Source of the DNA: a virus
Lineage: Duplodnaviria; Heunggongvirae; Uroviricota; Caudoviricetes
IMG/VR virus record: IMGVR_UViG_2778261504_000013
Location: 1 to 15,428 of that record
Reading direction: 5' to 3' (one strand)
DNA length: 15,428 bases
This document shows, piece by piece, positions 9,028-15,428 of this stretch; the first letter of the stretch is position 1, and each line of letters begins with the position of its first letter. The notes beneath the pieces are model-generated. The model saw nothing but the letters and a program-made list of their open reading frames with translations, had not been told where the DNA came from and did not search any database. A program made the translations under genes and the position numbers.

Positions 9028-9069
9028 ATCGATAAACCGATTGACAGGTGAAATCGGTAAACCTATTAT
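9028..9069 (+). promoter_or_regulatory. PL-like early promoter (TTGACA-17-TATTAT) with two overlapping operator copies
   Basis: -35 TTGACA 9041-9046, 17-nt spacer, -10 TATTAT 9064-9069; operator-like 14-mers ATCGATAAACCGAT (9028-9041, abutting the -35) and ATCGGTAAACCTAT (9053-9066, over the spacer and -10). Confidence 0.6.
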
Positions 9070-9109
9070 CTTGACATAGGTATCGAACTCACCAAAGCAA
9101 TTATAGAGG

Positions 9110-9529
9110 ATGAGAAAAATGTCATCGTATATGGGGTTACCAACAAATCAGCACGATGCTCTTGAGAATATTCAGCTCTTAGTAGGGGCTGGTGCACTAC
9201 TGTATAGCAGCAATAACCCTGAGTTAATTGAACTTGCCAGCTCCATCCTGGCTGTAACTCAAAAATATAGCCTCACCGCGTCACGTTTATGCAAACAAAA
9301 TTTAGCTATTAATTCCCAGAATCGGATTCGCACCCAACGCGAAGCCTGCGGCTTAACAACCGCCGAACTCGCCAGGCTGCTCGATCTCGATGAAGAAATC
9401 ATCATCCAGTGGGAGAGCGGAGAGTATGAACCAACTATCAGTATGCTTATCCCTCTGGCTAATGTTTTTGGCTGTGACCCAATGTGGTTATTGACTGGTG
9501 CTTATAAACAAAATCAGGAGGAAGCATAA
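9110..9529 (+). CDS. XRE-family HTH protein (C-terminal HTH), first gene of the PL-like operon
   Basis: C-terminal HTH TQREACGLTTAELARLLDLDEEIIIQWESGEYEPT; the start may be ATG 9119, which has better SD spacing; N-terminal domain unknown. Confidence 0.65.
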   Translation: MRKMSSYMGLPTNQHDALENIQLLVGAGALLYSSNNPELIELASSILAVTQKYSLTASRLCKQNLAINSQNRIRTQREACGLTTAELARLLDLDEEIIIQWESGEYEPTISMLIPLANVFGCDPMWLLTGAYKQNQEEA

Positions 9530-9530
9530 G

Positions 9531-9722
9531 ATGAAAATGTTCAAAGGCCTTACCAACGAACCGGAGACAGTTTTTCATCACATTGCCGTACTGCTTGAAG
9601 CGGGGTTAATCATTTCGGCTTCCGGTGATGAAGAATGTGATGAACTTTCGGATGATATCTTTCTACTGGCACAACAATACGCCAGAAGCGCATGCGATGC
9701 ATTTAAGGAGCAAAGAACATGA
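9531..9722 (+). CDS. Small acidic hypothetical protein (63 aa)
   Basis: AGGAGG SD; acidic stretch SGDEECDELSDD; stop overlaps the next start (ATGA). Confidence 0.5.
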   Translation: MKMFKGLTNEPETVFHHIAVLLEAGLIISASGDEECDELSDDIFLLAQQYARSACDAFKEQRT

Positions 9723-9910
9723 AAACTCCATTAAATATTCTTGAGGAAGTGGCAGCACAAATAAAAGAGAATACATCAATGCTTGAATTTATATTTAAGA
9801 ATTCGCCCGACCAAGGAGAGACAGACGATTATTTATGCTGTCTCATTCGCTCCATGAATAAGACCTGTGAAATGGCTTACGAGTATATAGAAACACTACG
9901 CAACGAATAA
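9719..9910 (+). CDS. Small acidic hypothetical protein (63 aa)
   Basis: AAGGAG SD 8 nt upstream; translationally coupled to the preceding ORF. Confidence 0.5.
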   Translation: MKTPLNILEEVAAQIKENTSMLEFIFKNSPDQGETDDYLCCLIRSMNKTCEMAYEYIETLRNE

Positions 9911-10094
9911 AGAACTCTCAATAAAAAATCACACATAAAAACATGACGGCCTCTGGTCGGGGGTTTTCACAACCAGAAAATAATGGTGATGCATGAAAAA
10001 CAGAAGTGCTTATAAAACCGCATTATTAATGGCTAATGCAGGATACTGGTCAGTTGCAATACTGTTTCTCAGGAAAGCATACGGGAAATAACAA

Positions 10095-10454
10095 ATGACA
10101 CATGAACCCATTAATACATATCGTCGCCGTATAGCTGTTGCGGCACTCCATCGAATAAAACGTAAAACAGGTGTTAATCTGCTTATTGTTGACCTTCCTG
10201 ATGGGAACATTACGACCATAGAAATAACTGAACAGTTTATAAACCAGTTGCTGTTACGCTTCGAAGGTATTACCCGTGGCGAATTGGGCCGGGTGGAGGG
10301 TGAAACCGAAATCCACACTGCATACCAGAATGCTATCGGGATTAATCAACATACTGAATACCTGACTGAAACCGGAAAGTTAATTATAGACAACCTTTTT
10401 CAAGAGGTTATTGATTACGCGAAAGAAAAATATATCAGCGGAGGAATTAACTGA
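10095..10454 (+). CDS. Hypothetical protein (119 aa)
   Basis: ORF in the operon after a 184-bp gap; weak SD; stop overlaps the next start (TGATG). Confidence 0.55.
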   Translation: MTHEPINTYRRRIAVAALHRIKRKTGVNLLIVDLPDGNITTIEITEQFINQLLLRFEGITRGELGRVEGETEIHTAYQNAIGINQHTEYLTETGKLIIDNLFQEVIDYAKEKYISGGIN

Positions 10455-10669
10455 TGGCTAATTTATCCCCTGTATCTGTTGTGCACGAAAAAGTGCAGAT
10501 CGTTATGACAATTGAAAATGGCCAAGTCACAGGTGTCTGCAAAGTCCGCGATGGCGAGCTGATTGCCAGCATGGATACATTCATACGGCTGGCAGAAAGA
10601 GCGGGGTATCAGATAACAGCACCTGCTCAGGAGGAAACCGGTGGCATTAACAGCAACACGCATTCCTGA
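10454..10669 (+). CDS. Hypothetical small protein (71 aa), possible partner of the downstream toxin-like ORF
   Basis: Coupled to the upstream gene and overlaps the downstream ORF by 29 nt, the usual antitoxin-toxin geometry; no recognisable motif. Confidence 0.45.
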   Translation: MANLSPVSVVHEKVQIVMTIENGQVTGVCKVRDGELIASMDTFIRLAERAGYQITAPAQEETGGINSNTHS

Positions 10670-10862
10670 GTGGGTGCACCTGCAGGCGGTCCGTGTTCTC
10701 CGCCAGTTCAGAGCCAGACGAATTCATCCCTGTCGTATGCACGGCTCCGGAAACCTGAGTCTGAGGGTTAATCGCCGCTGGCGGCTGCTGTCCCGAGACG
10801 GCGGCCAGAACTGGGAAGTAATGAGCCATGAACGATACAGCAAAGTTAAGGACCGGAAATGA
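10641..10862 (+). CDS. Candidate RelE/HigB-superfamily toxin-like protein (73 aa, GTG start)
   Basis: AGGAGG 7 nt upstream of GTG 10641; C-terminal segment LSLRVNRRWRLLSRDGGQNWEVMSHERY resembles the RelE/HigB core (LRV ... EVMTHKEY). Shorter than typical family members, so it may be degenerate. Confidence 0.4.
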   Translation: MALTATRIPEWVHLQAVRVLRQFRARRIHPCRMHGSGNLSLRVNRRWRLLSRDGGQNWEVMSHERYSKVKDRK

Positions 10863-10892
10863 ACAATAAATCTTCAAACCAAAAGGAGAGTA

Positions 10893-11474
10893 TTGATGAT
10901 TAATTCAACCATTACCCCTGAACCTACATTAACAGGCATCCGTTTTGGTAATCGAATTATTGGCTATTCAACTGCGGTTCGCCAGATCGACAACGGTAAC
11001 TATGACAAACGAATTCCGGACGGGCTCGATCTGATAGCTTGCATTATGGAAGGGATTGAAAGCGGCTGGTTTATGCCGTGTATTGAAAAACAAATCATCC
11101 TATGGCGCTGGCTTGTTGTCGCCGTGTTCATTGCTGAGGAGCAGGAGAAGAACGGGACTGTCGATGTTCAGAATGACAAGGGCGGCGTAGATACAGCCGT
11201 TGTATACACGGGAAAACCCGGTTCAATCAGCATTTATCCGTGGTCTGAGCGCTTCGCGCTCGCTAACCATATCGAGGCGGGCGCAATTGAAAAATACGGG
11301 CCTGACGTTGGTCAGCAGATGGCGCTGCGTATGTATCAGGACATGGTTGTAACTGACGAGAAATGCGGATTCAGGCTGTCAGCGATGGGCCGGGAGGGAC
11401 TCAACATACTACATGACAGCTTCATTGAACTGATTCAGAAAGACGGTATGCCAGACATGCCGGTTATGCACTGA
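10893..11474 (+). CDS. Hypothetical protein (193 aa)
   Basis: AAGGAG SD 7 nt upstream; no recognisable domain. Confidence 0.6.
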   Translation: MMINSTITPEPTLTGIRFGNRIIGYSTAVRQIDNGNYDKRIPDGLDLIACIMEGIESGWFMPCIEKQIILWRWLVVAVFIAEEQEKNGTVDVQNDKGGVDTAVVYTGKPGSISIYPWSERFALANHIEAGAIEKYGPDVGQQMALRMYQDMVVTDEKCGFRLSAMGREGLNILHDSFIELIQKDGMPDMPVMH

Positions 11475-11485
11475 GGTGGACGAAA

Positions 11486-12235
11486 ATGAACATAGTAACG
11501 ATCAATAACAAACAGCTTCCGGCAGTCGAATATCGCGGTCAGCGTGTTGTGACGCTGGCAATGATTGATGAAGTCCACCAGCGCCCGGAAGGTACCGCCC
11601 GTGCTGCGTTTAACCGCAACCGTTCTCACTTTATCAAAGGGGTGGATTTTCTTGAAATGACTGCGGACGTAATACGTACGGAGTCACTTTCTGATGCCTT
11701 TGCCGCGCGAACTGCCAAAGGGATCATTCTTTTCGAGTCTGGTTACCTGATGTTGACGAAGCCTTTTAACGATGCTCTTGCATGGCAGGTTCAGCGCGAA
11801 CTGGTTAACAGCTATTTCCGAACTCACGCGCCGCTGACGGAAATGGAGATGATCGCTGCAATGGCCGCCGATGCCGTTCGCCAGCAGAAGCGCCTGAGTC
11901 ATGTTGAAGAGAAGATCGAAACGGTCACCAAAGCTGTGGAGAACATCAAACGCGGCACAATGCGCACCGGATATGTCGGTTACCGCCAGGTGGTAGCCAA
12001 AAGCGGAATGAGTGACGCCAAGTGTCGGAATCTGGTCAACGCCTACCACATCCCTACCGACACGCACGAATTTATGACTCCGGACGGTCTGTTGTCTCGC
12101 AGGGCTGTCGTCGAGCTTGAGACATTTATGGCGGCGTTCCACCAAATGATGTCAGAGGCTGAACCACGCGGCACACGCTGGTATCACCCGAAGATGGGGC
12201 TTTTTCAGGTAATCGGATGGGAGGATAAAGCATGA
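11486..12235 (+). CDS. ORF6N-domain protein (antirepressor / Rha-like regulator family)
   Basis: N-terminal LAMIDEVHQRPEGTARAAFNRNRSHFIKGVDFLEMT matches the ORF6N pattern (..kRN..rF..g.dF..lt); GAGGTGGA SD; stop overlaps the next start (ATGA). Confidence 0.65.
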   Translation: MNIVTINNKQLPAVEYRGQRVVTLAMIDEVHQRPEGTARAAFNRNRSHFIKGVDFLEMTADVIRTESLSDAFAARTAKGIILFESGYLMLTKPFNDALAWQVQRELVNSYFRTHAPLTEMEMIAAMAADAVRQQKRLSHVEEKIETVTKAVENIKRGTMRTGYVGYRQVVAKSGMSDAKCRNLVNAYHIPTDTHEFMTPDGLLSRRAVVELETFMAAFHQMMSEAEPRGTRWYHPKMGLFQVIGWEDKA

Positions 12236-12801
12236 TCATCCAGTCAAAACTTATTCGCGCCGCTCTGGTGTGCGCTGCTAAAAACGACGTTCGTTATTAC
12301 CTGAACGGTCTTCACATCACGCCAAAACATATTGAGGCAACCAATGGTTTCGTAGCACTGCGCATGACTCACGGCATCCGGACGAAGAAAAACATCATTG
12401 TCCAGTTCGAAGGTGGCGTCCCGGCCAAAGCCGAAACGACAGAGCTGATTTTTAGTAAAGAGCCGATCGCTGTTCATCGCGACCAGTTTCAGCGCCGGCT
12501 GTCCATTACCGGCATTAAATTGGTGGACGGTTGTTTTCCGGATTTGGAACGCATCATTCCGAAAAAATTTGACCTCTGTACACACCCGGTGATCCAGGCG
12601 GGTTACCTGAGTTATCCAGAGAAGATGTTTGGTCGTGAGCGTAAATTTATTCCCGTCCAGTTACGTTCCTCCGGTGACGGGCAAGCGGTCAGAATTCAGT
12701 TTGATTCCATCATCAACTCAATGTATGGCAATCCTGAATTTGTTGTGATGCCTTGTCGTGATCATGGCGATTTCAATGTGGCTCAGGAGCATCCGGAATG
12801 A
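12232..12801 (+). CDS. Truncated DNA polymerase III beta-clamp (DnaN) homologue, domain II plus partial domain III
   Basis: Three collinear matches to E. coli DnaN as I recall it: NDVRYYLNGL vs QDVRYYLNGM; IKLVDGCFPDLERIIPKKFD vs SKLVDGRFPDYRRVLPKNPD; EFVVMPCRD vs AYVVMPMRL. Only 189 aa, lacking domain I. Confidence 0.7.
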   Translation: MIIQSKLIRAALVCAAKNDVRYYLNGLHITPKHIEATNGFVALRMTHGIRTKKNIIVQFEGGVPAKAETTELIFSKEPIAVHRDQFQRRLSITGIKLVDGCFPDLERIIPKKFDLCTHPVIQAGYLSYPEKMFGRERKFIPVQLRSSGDGQAVRIQFDSIINSMYGNPEFVVMPCRDHGDFNVAQEHPE

Positions 12802-12836
12802 AAATCGAATACCAGGACGCCGCAGGAGGTGAATCA

Positions 12837-12920
12837 ATGAGCTGGCCTGATGCAATCGTAACTCTGGGGGTGGTATTCGCAGTAGCGTTTGTTGTGTTCT
12901 CGATTTGTCGATGGGGATAA
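12837..12920 (+). CDS. Small single-pass membrane peptide (27 aa, MSWPDAIVTLGVVFAVAFVVFSICRWG)
   Basis: Strong SD AGGAGGTGA 6 nt upstream of ATG; hydrophobic core typical of a transmembrane helix; below the size cutoff of the ORF track. Confidence 0.4.
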   Translation: MSWPDAIVTLGVVFAVAFVVFSICRWG

Positions 12921-12924
12921 CCAC

Positions 12925-13092
12925 ATGTTCGCTTTGATTCAACGCGGTCAGATATACACGGACAGAGCTGGATACCCCGTGGTGATTACTCGCATCACTG
13001 AGCACTCAGTGTTCTTTCGACGGATGGACGGACGATCCGGGCGGGTACGCATTGGTGAGTTAAACTGCCTGTTCGAACATATTGACCACTAG
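12925..13092 (+). CDS. Small hypothetical protein (55 aa)
   Basis: ATG 12925 with a GGGGA upstream; internal start within the track ORF 12889-13092. Confidence 0.4.
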   Translation: MFALIQRGQIYTDRAGYPVVITRITEHSVFFRRMDGRSGRVRIGELNCLFEHIDH

Positions 13093-13170
13093 GAGTACCG
13101 CAAAATTCTCGCGGACACTGAGCAGGAAAAGCACCTGAAAAAATTACGAGCCATAAAAAGGAAGTAAAGA

Positions 13171-13317
13171 ATGAATAAAGCATTTGAACGATGGGTCCAC
13201 CAGCGTTACGGCAATCGCTATGACCTGACGCGAGATGTTGACGGCTTCTACTGTCGTGAAGTTGTGAAGCGAATGTTTGAAGTGTGGTGCCACTGCCGTG
13301 GGCTGAGTGTTGTGTGA
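13171..13317 (+). CDS. Small Cys-containing hypothetical protein (48 aa)
   Basis: AAGGAAG SD; ORF MNKAFERWVHQRYGNRYDLTRDVDGFYCREVVKRMFEVWCHCRGLSVV; sits just upstream of xis. Confidence 0.4.
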   Translation: MNKAFERWVHQRYGNRYDLTRDVDGFYCREVVKRMFEVWCHCRGLSVV

Positions 13318-13325
13318 GGTGATGT

Positions 13326-13535
13326 ATGGGGCTGGATTGCGTGCCTATATCAACCTACTGCCGCGACGCGGGAGAAACGGTTGATGCCGTTAACAAACGG
13401 ATACAAAGAGGAATATGGAAAGAAGGGGTTCATGTATTAAAAGTCGATGGAGTTAAAGAACGCTGGGTCGACTTAATAGAGGTTTCAAAATGGGCAAGAA
13501 AGAACAAGGATTATTATCTCTGCCAAGAGGAGTAA
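13326..13535 (+). CDS. xis: Excisionase-like protein
   Basis: 69-aa ORF immediately upstream of and overlapping int by 46 nt, as in lambda xis-int; GAGGTGA SD; small basic winged-helix-like sequence. Confidence 0.6.
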   Translation: MGLDCVPISTYCRDAGETVDAVNKRIQRGIWKEGVHVLKVDGVKERWVDLIEVSKWARKNKDYYLCQEE

Positions 13536-14668
13536 CTATTCGTAAGCATAAAACTGCTTCAACACTAGTTATCACTTTCACATATAAAGGGGTTCTTTGC
13601 AGGGAGCCCCTGTCTCGGCTTGAGGCAAATACACGTGGTATTAAATATGCTGAGCGCCTGCTAGGGGAGATACAAAATCAGATCGCCAGTGGAACGTTTG
13701 AATATGCGAAATATTTCCCCAGTTCCAAAAAACTGGAGTTATTCGGTATAGTAAAGAAAACCAAAAATATTAAGTCCTATCTTGATGAATACCTGAAAAT
13801 TTGCATGAACCGCAATCTGTCGCCGTCAACCATTGGCGGTTACGAAAAATGTATATCAGCACTATCAGAGCTACATAAACTACATGTAACAGAATTGACG
13901 CCTGCGGTACTAAAAAATTGGATAGCCAGCCGAAAAACTAAGCTGAAAACAATCAGGAATAACCTGTCATTTCTGCGCAGCGCCATTGATGAGGCTGTAA
14001 CTGATGGCCTGTTGACTATTAACCCGGTAACTCTTGTCAGCGCCAGCCGGTATCACGTGGTCGACAGTAAACCGAACGCCGACGATTACGAAGTTGATCC
14101 GTTTGCGCCTGCGGAAACCAGTGCCATATATCAGCACTGCAAGTATCAGGAATGGCAGAATCTGTTCCGCTTCGCCTTCAATACAGGGCTACGCAGCTCT
14201 GAGCTATGCGCATTACGTTGGACCGATATCGACTTTATAGGTAATACAGCGCACATACAGGCGGCCAGTGTCGTAGGGGTACTTAAAGGCACCAAGACAA
14301 AAGCCGGTACCCGTAAGGTGGAGCTGAACAGTGAGGCGCTGGCGGCCCTGCAGGCGCAGAAGCAATACACCTTTATGAAAAGTGAGTTCATATTCAGCGA
14401 TCCGAAAACGGGAGATCCCTGGACGAACGCCGACGCTATCCGTAAAAAAGCATGGGTGCCGACCCTAAAAAAAGCTGGTGTGCGCTACCGTAACCCGTAC
14501 CAGACGCGCCACACATTCGCCACCAGACACATTAGCCAGGGTGTAAACCTTTTCTGGCTTGCCGGGCAGATGGGGCATAAGGGGCCGGAAATGCTGTTCC
14601 GCAATTACGGTAAATACCTGGCTGAATACGACGGGAAAACCGCAATGGAAGCTGGAATGAAGAAGTGA
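13490..14668 (+). CDS. int: Tyrosine recombinase (phage integrase)
   Basis: Catalytic signature TGLRSSEL (Arg), TRHTFATRH (His-x-x-Arg), HKGPEMLFRNYGKY (His and Tyr nucleophile); N-terminal arm-binding-like region; last gene of the operon. Confidence 0.9.
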   Translation: MGKKEQGLLSLPRGVTIRKHKTASTLVITFTYKGVLCREPLSRLEANTRGIKYAERLLGEIQNQIASGTFEYAKYFPSSKKLELFGIVKKTKNIKSYLDEYLKICMNRNLSPSTIGGYEKCISALSELHKLHVTELTPAVLKNWIASRKTKLKTIRNNLSFLRSAIDEAVTDGLLTINPVTLVSASRYHVVDSKPNADDYEVDPFAPAETSAIYQHCKYQEWQNLFRFAFNTGLRSSELCALRWTDIDFIGNTAHIQAASVVGVLKGTKTKAGTRKVELNSEALAALQAQKQYTFMKSEFIFSDPKTGDPWTNADAIRKKAWVPTLKKAGVRYRNPYQTRHTFATRHISQGVNLFWLAGQMGHKGPEMLFRNYGKYLAEYDGKTAMEAGMKK

Positions 14669-14674
14669 TTTGAA

Positions 14675-14706
14675 GAAAAAACCCGGCAAATGCCGGGTCT
14701 TTTTGA
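14675..14706. terminator. Bidirectional intrinsic terminator between int and the convergent 196-aa gene
   Basis: ACCCGGCA / TGCCGGGT inverted repeat (14681-14698) flanked by an A-run upstream and T5 downstream. Confidence 0.7.
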
Positions 14707-14709
14707 TGG

Positions 14710-15300
14710 TTATTCTGTCGCGCCACCTATCGAAACATAATCATGAAATTGATCGTCAATGAGTCGGTCCTTACAGATAACATGTACAATGTGACGACAA
14801 CAGTTTTCATCATCATACGCACGACCCCAGCGAACAATCTCATCTACAGACAGATCATTCGCACTCCATGGCAAAGTACCTGAAACACCACGCGCACCTG
14901 GACCAAGTATGTCCATAAATTTCTTCGTGCGTGAATTGTAGATCCGTACCTCGGCAATTCGAATGATGCTACTAGCCCAAAGAGCACCACCGGCAATACT
15001 TTGAATGTTATCGCAGATGAGAAACTCATGCTTTCGCGCAAGCATTTTATAGATCTCACGCGCCAAACCTGCTGATTGGAAATCCTGTGCGATAACAGCG
15101 CTTTTCACTTGCTTTCCGGTCATCATCTGACCGTTCTCTTCGATAAAATTAAAGTCGTTGAACTGTATACGACCTATTCTTATCGTTTTGTTATCGTCTA
15201 CCATATCAAGACCCAAGAGGGTATTGACCAGATCCTGCATTGGAACCTTCGAATCAAGAAGGTCACTGCCATAGTCTAAAAAAAGTCGTCGGTGGAACAT
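14710..15300 (-). CDS. Hypothetical protein (196 aa), AT-rich, convergent with int; function unknown
   Basis: Complete ORF (in-frame stop 11 codons upstream of the ATG), no strong SD; no motif I can assign; lies at the att-proximal edge of the prophage or in flanking DNA. Confidence 0.6.
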   Translation of the reverse strand: MFHRRLFLDYGSDLLDSKVPMQDLVNTLLGLDMVDDNKTIRIGRIQFNDFNFIEENGQMMTGKQVKSAVIAQDFQSAGLAREIYKMLARKHEFLICDNIQSIAGGALWASSIIRIAEVRIYNSRTKKFMDILGPGARGVSGTLPWSANDLSVDEIVRWGRAYDDENCCRHIVHVICKDRLIDDQFHDYVSIGGATE

Positions 15301-15428
15301 CCCAGTTGATACACATCCAAGTAGTACTGAAACTCACCAGAACTGACAATGGGTGATGCTGCCAACTTACTGATTTAGTGTATGATGGTGTTTTTGAGGT
15401 GCTCCAGTGGCTTCTGTTTCTATCAGCT

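Larger units (their letters stand above)
2462..14706. mobile_element. Defective lambdoid prophage: Q, replication, cro/cI immunity, early operon, xis and int, with no late genes
   Basis: Gene order and orientation match lambda (Q-replication-cro | cI-PL operon-xis-int); no lysis, terminase or structural genes anywhere in the window. The left boundary is a truncation, not an att site; the right att site was not identified. Confidence 0.7.

Noticed and set aside
10010-10318. 102-aa minus-strand ORF across the 9910-10095 intergenic gap and the start of the 119-aa gene
   Set aside because: Antisense in a plus-strand operon, no SD, low-complexity translation.
11684-12585. Minus-strand ORFs (153 and 113 aa) inside the ORF6N and clamp-like genes
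   Set aside because: Antisense overlaps of genes with recognisable domains.
14669-14710. tRNA or tmRNA fragment as the att site downstream of int
   Set aside because: The int-proximal sequence is a simple terminator hairpin; I see no acceptor-stem or T-arm-like structure, so the att site is either protein-gene-embedded or outside what I can recognise.
14034-14726. Small plus and minus ORFs within int
   Set aside because: Lie inside the integrase CDS, which has intact catalytic motifs.

Overview
The window holds two mobile elements. Bases 1 to about 1000 are the right-hand part of an IS21-family insertion sequence (istA 3' end overlapping istB in the classic TGATG junction). From about 2.46 kb to 14.7 kb lies a defective lambdoid prophage that retains its immunity and early regions but has no lysis, terminase, head or tail genes. 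The leftward operon runs cro, a 97-aa ORF, a small nuclease-like ORF, an SF2 helicase, a zinc-finger/Toprim primase, a 285-aa ORF and a Q-like late antiterminator. The rightward operon runs the cI-type LexA-like repressor, a terminator, a near-consensus promoter carrying two operator copies, then an HTH protein, several small ORFs, a RelE/HigB-like candidate, an ORF6N-type antirepressor-like protein, a truncated beta-clamp (DnaN) homologue, a small membrane peptide, xis and a tyrosine integrase. Two AT-rich orphan genes of unknown function sit at the edges: a 310-aa gene between the IS and Q, and a 196-aa gene convergent with int. All calls rest on reading motifs and gene order by eye; no database search or computation was run, and family assignments other than istB, helicase, primase, cI and int are tentative. 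I could not identify a single named novel system with certainty; the best candidates are the two orphan genes, the truncated clamp, and the toxin-like pair.
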